Source: Giardia intestinalis (taxonomy: Eukaryota). Taken from it: 64,000 nucleotides of DNA. Below are positions 55,344 to 63,959 of the stretch, piece by piece (within the stretch, counting starts at the first letter, position 1; the number at the start of each line of letters is the position of its first letter). The position numbers and the translations under genes were made by a program. The stretch lies in NCBI GenBank assembly GCA_000002435.2, contig CM018792.1. One strand, given 5' to 3'. The notes beneath the pieces were generated by a model, which saw only the letters and a list, made by a program, of their open reading frames with translations, had not been told where the DNA came from and did no database searches.

Positions 55344-56372
55344 ATGGATTCGTTGTCTATCATGATAATAGTCTTCAATACGATCGCGTGCACACTGGCC
55401 ATTGTTGGAGCTGTACTAAATGTTTATACAAGAAAACACCCTTTCAACTCATTTTATAGAGAACGGCTTGCCATCTGCTTCTCCACCGTCGTCTTCACAC
55501 TGGTCTCGTCAGTTTTCAGGTCACCAACTCAGGTAGACATAGGTCAGATCCATACCTCCGTCCAGAGCGGCAAGGCTACCATCGAGTCAGCACTTGTTGC
55601 CGTCGGAAATTGGTTGCTCTGCAGCTACTACTTCGGCATGCACCCCACTTTCAATTGGTGTCTTATCTTTATGGCTTCTTTGCAGACCAAAAGGCGACAG
55701 AGAAAGTTTGAGGCAACTGACTTGAGCCTACTGCCATCTCCTACTGAGACCAACTGTAAGCTACACGGAGCATCAGATGAGGTTAAAGCTGTTAGTACTG
55801 ATACTCTTGCCCTACATTCATTCAATCTGCAGGCGATATACCCCAAGCCCATGAAATTTATCTCTGTCTTCTTCATCGCCACTGGGAGTGCAGTGACCGC
55901 AGGACTGCTCTTGGCAGCCATCCACGCCTTCCACTTTCTGGTCGTGGACAGGGCTGGTGCAATCTCCTCAAATAATAAGATTCCACCTCTGTACAAGGGG
56001 TTGTTTACGTCAGAAAGCAGCAGCGGCAACGTTAGAATAACCTTTCGGATGGGGCTCTACAGCTATTCCTTGCTCTCCACGTGTGCACGCGTCATAGCCA
56101 TATCAGCCTTTTTCATCATAACCGCACTGCAGTTGCGGAACGTAAAGAATCCAAACAAAGTAACTCGTAAGCGTAGCTGGATCAAGTTATCGCTGACCTT
56201 TGTTATTGACATCTTCCCATCGTTACTGACCCTACTGTCCACCTTCATCGATCGCACGTTCCAGTCGTTCACCTCTTTGATGCTGCTCCTCTGTGCAACA
56301 TCGTCCACCATGATATCCTTCAGTATAGTGCCCCCCTGCACTATACTAAACGAGCGAAAGATAAATTCTTAA
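55344..56372 (+). CDS. hypothetical polytopic membrane protein, about 342 aa
   Basis: The ORF-track start at 55227 is a TTG; the first in-frame ATG (MDSLSIMIIVFNTIACTLAIVGAV) is at 55344. At least six hydrophobic segments are present. The 3' end overlaps the convergent kinase gene by 4 nt. The start is uncertain because the context is not AT-rich. Confidence 0.45.
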   Translation: MDSLSIMIIVFNTIACTLAIVGAVLNVYTRKHPFNSFYRERLAICFSTVVFTLVSSVFRSPTQVDIGQIHTSVQSGKATIESALVAVGNWLLCSYYFGMHPTFNWCLIFMASLQTKRRQRKFEATDLSLLPSPTETNCKLHGASDEVKAVSTDTLALHSFNLQAIYPKPMKFISVFFIATGSAVTAGLLLAAIHAFHFLVVDRAGAISSNNKIPPLYKGLFTSESSSGNVRITFRMGLYSYSLLSTCARVIAISAFFIITALQLRNVKNPNKVTRKRSWIKLSLTFVIDIFPSLLTLLSTFIDRTFQSFTSLMLLLCATSSTMISFSIVPPCTILNERKINS

Positions 56373-58138
56373 CTCCAGTCGCATTCGTCTACAATGTTCT
56401 GCGTTGGCAGACTGAGAGCGACCTTGCGCAGCTCATCTAGGGAGAGCTGTGCTGATACCCCTGCGGTGCCGGACGACTGCCCATCTAGCACAGGGATCTC
56501 CAAATAGGGCGCAGATATCGACTTGGCTGGTTCGCTCGGGGCTTTTATCTCTGCTACCGCCTCGTCATTATCTATACTGTTAGGATTGCTTTTTGCTTTC
56601 TTTGCTTGTTGATTGGCGGGACAGAAGAGACTTGTCAGCTTGGCAATGGATCCTTCGTGGAAGGAGCCTGTCTTAACCCCCACCAGTTTTGATAAGTCGC
56701 TGACACCGGAAACGGTCACGGACGATCCTGTCCCGCAGCGTCTGTCTCCCAGACCAGTTACCAGTGTCTCATGGTGACTCTGAAGGTTGACAATATCACC
56801 GTTCGCGTCAAAAATAACCTGCTTTGGATGTGTAGGAAGCTTTGCCCGCTGGTATGCGCTCAGCACCCCCTTGATGAACTGATCGCACTCTTTCGGCAAA
56901 ATAGCGCCTGTTCCGGCAAAATCCTGGGCTATCTGCTGGTGCTCTCGAGGGAAAACCTCGAAGTTTCTTTTTAGAAGCTCGATGTCCCACTCCTCGCTCC
57001 CTAGATCCTTACTCAGGTTGATGTTCGGGATGGTGGGAGGGTCGTTTATTATGGCAAAATTGATATTTTTAAAAAAGGGGTGGTTCTTCAGTTCGGATGC
57101 GCCCATCTTAGATCCTAGACGGGTTTTGGGATTTATATCCAGCAACCTCTTGATCAGATCTTTGCATTTTTTGCTAACCTTATAGGGCCCATCGGGGAAT
57201 GTGAACACTCCTCGGAGTATTTTCTTGGAAATTGTGTCTAGAGACGCGCCCTTGCTCATGAAGGGTGTCACACCGTAGAGGCACTCATATATGAAAATTC
57301 CGAGAGTCCACCAATCAGCAGCCTGAGAGTGCTCACCTTGAAGGACTTCCGGAGGCAGACACTCAGGCGTGCCAACCAGAGACGCCGTTGTCTCCTGGAA
57401 GCCGGTTGGAAAGATCGTTGTAGTCTTTTTGCCGACAGATAGCTGTACAGGCTTATAGTGGTCCACCGTCGCACCCAATGTGAGTCTTTTAGCTAGATCG
57501 AAGTCCGTCAATCTAATATGGCCGTCGTGGTGTAGAAGAACATTTTCCGTCTTTAGATCTCTGTAAATGATGCCGTGATAATGAAGGTATTCAAACGCAG
57601 TAAGTATTTCGGCTGCGTAATGCTGCACAGTAGACTCTGGGAAACAGCGGTTGGGCTGCCTCTTGAGGACCTCAGCGAACTCACCTCCATTGCAGAATTC
57701 CATCAATAAATAGAAATTCCTTTCGTCTGCAAAACTAGCGTGGAGGGTCATTATGAACGGGTGCCGTGAGGTCATTAAAATGTGCAACTCTGTAAAGAAA
57801 CGGTTAACCTTATTGCGCTTGGTGAGATCGTGCTGACTACATACCTTCAGGGCAAAAACAGTCTCGTTTCTGCCCGTTGGAATCAGCACCTTCTCAGAGC
57901 TACGCTTGACCAGGTATACGCGCCCAGCGTCCCCGATTCCAAGAAGACAAAGAATTTGAAAGTCGGAGGCGCGGTAGTGAGCCATGTTACCGATGCGCTT
58001 TGTGTAGTGGAAGTTGTGGACGTCTGCTAGCCTGCTACCTCCGGTAAAAGCCTCCATCATACTGATGGTCTGCGACGCGGGATAGGACCCGACCTTCGCA
58101 TTTGGAAGAGTTCCTGTCTCCAGGATTGGCCTTGACAT
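56369..58138 (-). CDS. AGC-family Ser/Thr protein kinase, NDR/LATS-like, about 589 aa
   Basis: The Gly loop is LGIGDAGRVYLV, followed by ALKV and the catalytic loop YRDLKTENVLL. DFDLAKR is followed by a ~45-aa insert before SLVGTPECLPPEVL, which is typical of NDR kinases. DWWTLGIFIYECLYGVTPF and the HPFF motif are present, and a ~230-aa C-terminal tail follows. The ORF-track start at 58183 is a TTG; the first ATG (MSRPILETG) is at 58138-58136, preceded by the very AT-rich aaatatttttgcacataggaaagaaaaaac. Confidence 0.75.
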   Translation of the reverse strand: MSRPILETGTLPNAKVGSYPASQTISMMEAFTGGSRLADVHNFHYTKRIGNMAHYRASDFQILCLLGIGDAGRVYLVKRSSEKVLIPTGRNETVFALKVCSQHDLTKRNKVNRFFTELHILMTSRHPFIMTLHASFADERNFYLLMEFCNGGEFAEVLKRQPNRCFPESTVQHYAAEILTAFEYLHYHGIIYRDLKTENVLLHHDGHIRLTDFDLAKRLTLGATVDHYKPVQLSVGKKTTTIFPTGFQETTASLVGTPECLPPEVLQGEHSQAADWWTLGIFIYECLYGVTPFMSKGASLDTISKKILRGVFTFPDGPYKVSKKCKDLIKRLLDINPKTRLGSKMGASELKNHPFFKNINFAIINDPPTIPNINLSKDLGSEEWDIELLKRNFEVFPREHQQIAQDFAGTGAILPKECDQFIKGVLSAYQRAKLPTHPKQVIFDANGDIVNLQSHHETLVTGLGDRRCGTGSSVTVSGVSDLSKLVGVKTGSFHEGSIAKLTSLFCPANQQAKKAKSNPNSIDNDEAVAEIKAPSEPAKSISAPYLEIPVLDGQSSGTAGVSAQLSLDELRKVALSLPTQNIVDECDWS

Positions 58139-58385
58139 TGCAACTGTTTTTTCTTTCCTATGTGCAAAAATATTTTGCAACAATTTTTTAAACTCATTTT
58201 TTAAACGTCGTTTTTAATATGTTCAGAGATATTAGAATGAACATGCATTTTCGGATGTCGAGCATCGAGGATAAAGCATCTCTCGATCTGCAAGCTCCTT
58301 ACTAGAGACAAGTATCTTTTCAGTGCTGGTCTACACATCTCCACACGGACATGGCACACGCTTTCCCGTTGGGGGTTTTATTAAA

Positions 58386-59042
58386 ATGGTTCCTCAGCCT
58401 CAGCGTGTAGCGATCGCGGTTCCCCCAGGAACAAAAGCAGGCCTCTGGCCCTTCATTGTGACATGCGTGCTGGTTGGCATAGAGGTCGCCGTGGCGTTCA
58501 TCGACCTTATCGTCCAGGCAGCAGGAGGTGCGAAGAACACTAAGGCAATGAACCTCCTGAAGAAGGGGCTTCTGTCCGCCGCTGTCATAAACTTCCACAT
58601 GACGTGGTGCATTCCCTTTTCCCTGACCCTCACCTACATTGTGAGTTCCCTGAGCTGGTCCATGGGCAGGAAGAAGTGTAGTCTATTTCCCCTTCTTAAC
58701 GGCTTCGCATGCTTTCTCTTCCTCGGTGCTGCCATCTACTCGTGGATGTGGGCAAATGATGCAGAGATTATGCTCCAGATTTGTAAGAACTTCCTCATTC
58801 CTCTCGGCCTGAAGAAGAGCCCCGAGCAGCTCAGGCTGACCATCTACACGCCCCAGATCAAGCTTCTTGTGGACATAATGGTCTCATGGGGATATCCCGC
58901 GCAGTGCGTGATTGTATTGACCGACGCATTCCTAGCCATTTGCCGGCGCGGCTCGGACAGGATCATTCACCTCCTCGTCCGCGTTGATAAATATGACAAG
59001 ATACACGTCAAGATGGACCCTTATGATCTGATCAGCAGTTGA
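58386..59042 (+). CDS. hypothetical membrane protein, about 218 aa
   Basis: The ORF-track start at 58323 is a GTG; the first ATG (MVPQPQRVAIAVPPGTKAGLWPFIVTCVLVGIEVAVAF) follows ggttttattaaa. Four hydrophobic helices are present. Confidence 0.5.
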   Translation: MVPQPQRVAIAVPPGTKAGLWPFIVTCVLVGIEVAVAFIDLIVQAAGGAKNTKAMNLLKKGLLSAAVINFHMTWCIPFSLTLTYIVSSLSWSMGRKKCSLFPLLNGFACFLFLGAAIYSWMWANDAEIMLQICKNFLIPLGLKKSPEQLRLTIYTPQIKLLVDIMVSWGYPAQCVIVLTDAFLAICRRGSDRIIHLLVRVDKYDKIHVKMDPYDLISS

Positions 59043-59131
59043 AGAGCTACTGTGAAGCAGATCGAGACCCTTCTTCTAGACCTCCGTGCTCGCTGGCCTG
59101 GTTTAGTAAATTATCCGTTACTTAACACGGT

Positions 59132-59485
59132 CTACAAGTCGGCCTCCCTGATGTGGCTGTAGATGCATGCATCTCCAAACCTGCAGTGCCCTGTTTCGTA
59201 GAAGTCCTTACAGACTCCGTGCGGCACTGCTTTTGTCCTTTTTGCTTTGGGAGGCTCTGTAGGGTCAGACGGAGCCAAGAAAGTAGTAGTGCCGTTCAAG
59301 GCTGTGTCAGCTGACGCCCCGATTGGGTTGTAACTCTGTGCATCGTAGCTGAGCCCTACGGACTCATATTTCCGGTCTGCTTCTTCTCTCGTGATCGACC
59401 GCCTTTGTACAACTGTACCTGGCAGCAATCTGGCGGTCACGTTCATTGCCCATGCGAGGATCTCTTCCGGATCCCGGTGGTCCAT
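59132..59485 (-). CDS. small CCCH-type zinc-finger protein, 117 aa
   Basis: The ATG is confirmed (cat at 59483-59485). The C-terminal CKDFYETGHCRFGDACIYSH forms one C-x8-C-x5-C-x3-H finger. Confidence 0.6.
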   Translation of the reverse strand: MDHRDPEEILAWAMNVTARLLPGTVVQRRSITREEADRKYESVGLSYDAQSYNPIGASADTALNGTTTFLAPSDPTEPPKAKRTKAVPHGVCKDFYETGHCRFGDACIYSHIREADL

Positions 59486-59559
59486 CGAAAAGGGCTGCGC
59501 CGTTTACTACCTTTTTTATTAAAGCACGGCAAATACCCCGTTCCCTGCGCCCCTGCGAG

Positions 59560-60978
59560 TCAGTTCCCTGCGGCGTAAATATATAAATTAGAAACTGTAC
59601 TGATTGCTAAAATGTTCTCTGTTGGATGCCAATCAAGATATTGAATCTTCTTTCTGATGTCTACTTGATCTAGCAAGAGATTCTCTCCCAGGACCTTACC
59701 GCTCTCTAAAATGGGGAGCGCTCCAATGCTGCTTGAAGGAATCGTTCTATTATTAAGGTGCTGTAAGACTTGCTTGGAGCGCTTGCGAATCTGACGGGTG
59801 GCGAGGATTGCAATGCCGCTGGACGACGCTATATCGCGGCTACGGGTGCCATAAATGTGGAACTTGTCACTAAAGGAGCCGGTCACAAACGATCTGCAGT
59901 CAGGGGATACGGCAACGTCGTTTCTGTCGAAAAGAGAGTCCGACTCCAAAAGCCTCTGGGCGTAATCCTTCACAAATGGATGGATTGGAAGGGTGATTAG
60001 GGGGCGTCCTTCTGAACGAATGTCCCAGAGTTTGAGGCTCAAGAAGTCACGCGCAATGATTGTGTTGCCGTCCTTTGTGACATGGAGACCAGATATTCCG
60101 GCAGCAATGTCTGACTGGCCGCTGTATGTAGCGAATGCGCCGTACGGGCAATCGGACGTGTTGAGGAACGGATTTGCATACTGCTTGGCGTAGGTGTCAC
60201 AGAGCGCACGCTTCCTCGTGTCGCAGAGCTTGATCGTACCATGAGATGTTCCATAAACGAAGACGCTGCCATTGGTGGGGTGATAATCTGCGAATGTGAC
60301 AACTTCTTGCACGTCCTCCAAAGACGCGGGCTTCAAATCTACCATGGAAAACGCTTCCGTGTTGCTGTCTACTGACCAGATATTGATGCGAAGATCGTCT
60401 GCGACGAGAAATTGGTCCCCGGCACAGGAGGGAGCAATGGAATTGACGTGGAAGGTTGTCACGTTAGAAAAGATCTTTTTCGTTATGGAGGACACCATCT
60501 TCTCTTCGGACTTTATTATCTCAGGGATGTGCAGCTCTCCCTGGAGCTTCCCGTTGGCCGTTCGAGAAAGGTTTGTATGAGCTATTTGTACACTACACCT
60601 ATTCGCAACACGCCAGATTTTGACCGTTCTCTCGTTAGTTGTCAAGAGGAAGAGAGCACCATTGGCTGGTGGCAACCACTGAACCTGCACAATACGTTCA
60701 GATATCTGCATGGAGCGAAGGGAGTCAAAGTCGGGCTCGTGGGATTGGAATTCGGCATAAAATCCGTACTCCACCATGGCCTTATCCTTATTGGCTGAGT
60801 CTGCACGCTCGAAGATTATAACGCGCCCTCCGCGATCGCCTGCAGCTATGTAAGAGCCGTCCTGGTTAAACTTTAACGCAGAGATCATGTCAGCGTCCTG
60901 GATGGCCTCTATCGAGCACGTGTCGCCGAACACCTGCCTGAAGTTCCACTCTATCTGATCGGCCGTCTTGGTGGTCAT
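59560..60978 (-). CDS. protein phosphatase 2A regulatory subunit B (B55/PR55) WD40 protein, 472 aa
   Basis: The ATG is confirmed (cat at 60976-60978). MTTKTADQIEWNFRQVFGD...ISALKFNQDGSYIAAGDRGGRVIIFER...EFQSHEPDFDSLRSMQISERIVQVQWLP closely parallels the B55 signature (WxFxQV...GDKGGRVVIFQ...[21 protein letters not shown]), and WD-repeat character continues throughout. Confidence 0.85.
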   Translation of the reverse strand: MTTKTADQIEWNFRQVFGDTCSIEAIQDADMISALKFNQDGSYIAAGDRGGRVIIFERADSANKDKAMVEYGFYAEFQSHEPDFDSLRSMQISERIVQVQWLPPANGALFLLTTNERTVKIWRVANRCSVQIAHTNLSRTANGKLQGELHIPEIIKSEEKMVSSITKKIFSNVTTFHVNSIAPSCAGDQFLVADDLRINIWSVDSNTEAFSMVDLKPASLEDVQEVVTFADYHPTNGSVFVYGTSHGTIKLCDTRKRALCDTYAKQYANPFLNTSDCPYGAFATYSGQSDIAAGISGLHVTKDGNTIIARDFLSLKLWDIRSEGRPLITLPIHPFVKDYAQRLLESDSLFDRNDVAVSPDCRSFVTGSFSDKFHIYGTRSRDIASSSGIAILATRQIRKRSKQVLQHLNNRTIPSSSIGALPILESGKVLGENLLLDQVDIRKKIQYLDWHPTENILAISTVSNLYIYAAGN

Positions 60979-61036
60979 TGCTTAAAAATAGCACAGTTTT
61001 TTAAAATCTGTGAAAAAATACATTCGAAAGGGCTTT
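60979..61036. promoter_or_regulatory. 58-bp AT-rich bidirectional initiator region (PP2A-B55 gene and GTPase-like gene)
   Basis: The sequence is cttaaaaatagcacagttttttaaaatctgtgaaaaaatacattcgaaagggcttt. Confidence 0.5.
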
Positions 61037-61573
61037 ATGCCGGTGGTGATCCGGAGCACGGTGGCCGTCCTTGGAGACCCGCAGACGGGGAAAAGCGCGC
61101 TCCTCAACACCGTTTGCGGGAATGGGGGGCAACATGCCCTGCAGCCGACCATGCGGCCAGATGTTTTCAAGAAGCAAATAAAGATACCAGGGTCAGATTA
61201 CAGCGTCGACCTTATTCTCATCGACTGCCCCTCACATCACCTTTCTTTCTCCCTGACAAAGAAGGCGATAGCAGAATGCCAGCAAATCCTCGTTCTTTCG
61301 TCTTTTCTCAGCGCCGATTCCCTGGCCAATATGGCAAAGTGGATTGAGATGTTTCGGGATGCAACGATGATCCCGAAGGTTTCTGGCGTTGCAGCAATAA
61401 GCTATGCACACGAAGACTCGTCTCAGTTTACATTTGAAGAGGCAGAGCGGCAGGCGAAGTCGCTCGGCCTGGGCGCTGTCCAGTGCAATCCGGCCACTGG
61501 AAGGGACTGTGACACGCCCTTTGCCATGCTCGCCCACCTTGCCCACAAGCGCTTCTTGAAGAACGGGGAGTAA
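61037..61573 (+). CDS. Ras-like small GTPase, atypical (degenerate G3/G4 motifs), about 178 aa
   Basis: The ORF-track start at 61010 is a GTG; the first ATG (MPVVIRSTVAVLGDPQTGKSALLNTV) follows ttttttaaaatctgtgaaaaaata. It has a P-loop GDPQTGKS, but the DxxG (LIDCPS) and NKxD motifs are non-canonical. IFT22/RABL5-like atypical GTPases are one possibility, and this is unverified. Confidence 0.45.
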   Translation: MPVVIRSTVAVLGDPQTGKSALLNTVCGNGGQHALQPTMRPDVFKKQIKIPGSDYSVDLILIDCPSHHLSFSLTKKAIAECQQILVLSSFLSADSLANMAKWIEMFRDATMIPKVSGVAAISYAHEDSSQFTFEEAERQAKSLGLGAVQCNPATGRDCDTPFAMLAHLAHKRFLKNGE

Positions 61574-61620
61574 ATATCGTCGAAGTCCTGTGTCCTCCTG
61601 TGTAAGCCTATAATTCAAAA

Positions 61621-61800
61621 ATGCCTATTTTGCTGCATGAAGAAAAGTGTGACGCCTGCTTGACGTGCGTGGGGACCTGCCCCGTTGGCATCATATCGGA
61701 GGAGAAGGGGGCCTTGAAGGTCACGCACGTAGAGGACTGCACGGAGTGCGGAGATTGTGTCGTGTCTTGCCATACAACTGCCCTGGAGGTGGATGTATGA
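61621..61800 (+). CDS. 2x[4Fe-4S] ferredoxin, 59 aa (missed by the ORF track, which has a 60-aa cutoff)
   Basis: The sequence ATG 61621 ... TGA 61798-61800 translates MPILLHEEKCDACLTCVGTCPVGIISEEKGALKVTHVEDCTECGDCVVSCHTTALEVDV*. It contains two C-x2-C-x2-C-x3-C(P) clusters. It lies in the gap between the GTPase-like and E1-like genes, with an AT-rich leader (taattcaaaa) before the ATG. Confidence 0.8.
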   Translation: MPILLHEEKCDACLTCVGTCPVGIISEEKGALKVTHVEDCTECGDCVVSCHTTALEVDV

Positions 61801-61824
61801 CCGCCCTGTGTGCATCTGTCTACT

Positions 61825-62967
61825 CTATACCGACAGAGGCAGTTTATAGTCTAGCCACTCTGCATAGACAAGCTTTTCATTGGCATAAACAAAGATAGCG
61901 CCCTCAAGATCTTTCTCGAGCGGCATCGCAGCGGCAGGCCCTGGTAGAAGTAAGCGAGAGTAAACTATTCTCTGGTCTGCAACAATGGTAAAGTCTGGGG
62001 CGTTGATGTATTCGGAGACTACACTACTGTATGACCTATCTGGACTGGAGCTAGGCAATGAAAAGGTACAGCTGCAATCTTTCTGGCGCTCTAGGGTGAA
62101 AGCACGGATATAAAGTCCATTGTAGGTGGAGATCATCCATAGGCACTCCTGTGGCCAGGCGTTCCTCGGCAAGCCACCAGTGCCGCTGGTCCTCCGGTCC
62201 AGTGAACCCATGAAATACTTACACCAGAGGGAAACGGCGTAGGAGGCCACCAAACCACTGATGTGAAACGGGGTTGAAACGACCTGCTGCAAGGCATTGG
62301 TAACGTCTCCTGGCGCTATTTGCAGGCCAAGATTGTGTATTTCACCCAGCTCATTGGCCCTTGAAAGCACAGCAGCCTCGTATGATTCTTCGGATTGTGG
62401 ATCATTACCATTGGACTCTGAGAGTGCATATGCAGCGATGAGAATGCAGTCTTCTGCGGTCCTAGGGATTCCTGGGACACTGCATAGAGGGCGCTTTCTC
62501 TTCGGGTACATCCATGACGTACAATAGAAACATGGGTACTGGCTGGAGTAGAGCCTTATACTTCCCGCCAGACCTTCTGATCCCACGTCTATTACTGTTT
62601 TCTGCGCTAGCAATAGTGCAGGGATAATCTTCCTACGTGCCTCCACATTGTCGACACACAGAAACGTCATAGCAGCGGTAGCGAGCTTGGTCACGAACGC
62701 AGGCCGAGCAGCATCTGTGGAATACGCTTCTGCCCGGTAACCTTGGCCCTCAATGAACGCACAAGCCACAGACGACTTGAACTCCCCGACGGATTCTCCA
62801 TTATAGAGGGCTTGCTTGCCAAGATTTGTTTCAGAAATTGTGTCCCTATCTACTATCAGTAACTTTACTTGGTCACTAGAAATGCTCGCTGTGTTAAACG
62901 CATGCATCAAGCTTCGAATCACCTCACAACCGCTCCCTCCAAGCCCTACCACAGCGATCGTGTACAT
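61825..62967 (-). CDS. ubiquitin-like modifier activating enzyme E1, catalytic-subunit type (UBA3/UBA2-like ThiF fold), 380 aa
   Basis: The ATG is confirmed (cat at 62965-62967). The nucleotide-binding motif is IAVVGLGGSGCEVIRSL...LLIVDRDTISETNLGKQ. The active-site region YPCFYCTSWMYPKRKRPLCSVPGIPRTAEDCI parallels UBA3 ([31 protein letters not shown]), with the catalytic Cys in PLCS. Confidence 0.7.
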   Translation of the reverse strand: MYTIAVVGLGGSGCEVIRSLMHAFNTASISSDQVKLLIVDRDTISETNLGKQALYNGESVGEFKSSVACAFIEGQGYRAEAYSTDAARPAFVTKLATAAMTFLCVDNVEARRKIIPALLLAQKTVIDVGSEGLAGSIRLYSSQYPCFYCTSWMYPKRKRPLCSVPGIPRTAEDCILIAAYALSESNGNDPQSEESYEAAVLSRANELGEIHNLGLQIAPGDVTNALQQVVSTPFHISGLVASYAVSLWCKYFMGSLDRRTSGTGGLPRNAWPQECLWMISTYNGLYIRAFTLERQKDCSCTFSLPSSSPDRSYSSVVSEYINAPDFTIVADQRIVYSRLLLPGPAAAMPLEKDLEGAIFVYANEKLVYAEWLDYKLPLSV

Positions 62968-63032
62968 TTATTTTCCGATTCCCGGCGCCGTACCCTCCGC
63001 AGGGAACGGCCAGCCGAAATTAGAAACTAGCA

Positions 63033-63959
63033 ATGCCTGTTGTGACGCCAGAGCAGTGCCGAGAGTTCATGAAGAGCACAATCCAGATAGCTGTCACTTT
63101 AATCTGCTTTAAGAGAAGCATATTTCCACCCTCAGCCTTTGGAATTAAACGAATGATGGAGGTAGATGTCAAGTGCCTCGACAAAAGCGATAAGAATGCA
63201 TACGCCCTGTCTCAAGCCCTGGAGCTAGGAGTGTTCGACGCCATCGATAAGGGGTTTCTAAGAGAGGTAATCCTAGGAATCTTCTTGAACCGTGACGCAC
63301 CCATGGAGCTCATCGAGAGCTACAACTTCCGGATAAGCACCAGCCCATCACTGCCTCAATCTGCCCAATCTCTTATGGAAGAGGTTAACCGGTTCACAGG
63401 CCGTCTCCTAGGCACCTTAAACGAGCTACCGTCCTTGCCAGAAGACAAGGACATTCTGCTACGATGCTTTTATAAATCGAACACACCTGAGAGTTACGTT
63501 ATGCCATATTTTTCCCTGTGTAAGAATGCTGGAAGCCTTCATATTTCTTCGGAAAAGGCCCCTTATGAGGTATCTCTCGACCGCTTTGAGACGCCCTACG
63601 AGGCCATTGGCTTGAAACTGTATGTACCAGACTATATCACCTTAGATCACCAGTCAGAGAATCCGGAGCCTCACAAAGAACGCGTGTTGTTGGAGGCAAA
63701 GATAGATGAAATCCTGACCGGAAGGGCTGGAACCAAGGAGTGGGCTCTTGCCATACTACATCGAATCCTCTCTCTCAAATTCCCCATTTCACTCAAAGAC
63801 GCTGCGCAGTTGGTGCAGTGCAGTGTCTACAGAATTCGCAAAGTGGCTGCTGAGCACCCCTTTATCAAAATATCGAAGAGTGTCCTCAATGTCGTCGACG
63901 AATCAAAACTTCAATTCGCCCTGCAGTGCACAACCCGTGAGCTAACCGACCTTCTGTAG
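63033..63959 (+). CDS. HORMA-domain protein (Mad2/Rev7/Hop1 family), 308 aa
   Basis: The ATG at 63033 follows gaaattagaaactagca. The N-terminal ~110 aa, EQCREFMKSTIQIAVTLICFKRSIFPPSAFGIKRMMEVDVKCLDKSDKNAYALSQALELGVFDAIDKGFLREVILGIFLN, follow the HORMA core pattern (xSxxxVxEFxxxAIxxILYxRxxYPxxxFxxxKKYxxxLxxxxDxxLxxYLxxVxxxLxxWLxxxxVxKLVLVI). Confidence 0.6.
   Translation: MPVVTPEQCREFMKSTIQIAVTLICFKRSIFPPSAFGIKRMMEVDVKCLDKSDKNAYALSQALELGVFDAIDKGFLREVILGIFLNRDAPMELIESYNFRISTSPSLPQSAQSLMEEVNRFTGRLLGTLNELPSLPEDKDILLRCFYKSNTPESYVMPYFSLCKNAGSLHISSEKAPYEVSLDRFETPYEAIGLKLYVPDYITLDHQSENPEPHKERVLLEAKIDEILTGRAGTKEWALAILHRILSLKFPISLKDAAQLVQCSVYRIRKVAAEHPFIKISKSVLNVVDESKLQFALQCTTRELTDLL

Noticed and set aside
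61615-61815. 66-aa minus-strand ORF from the track
   Set aside because: The opposite (+) strand encodes a complete 2x[4Fe-4S] ferredoxin with two perfect Cys clusters. The minus-strand translation has no features.
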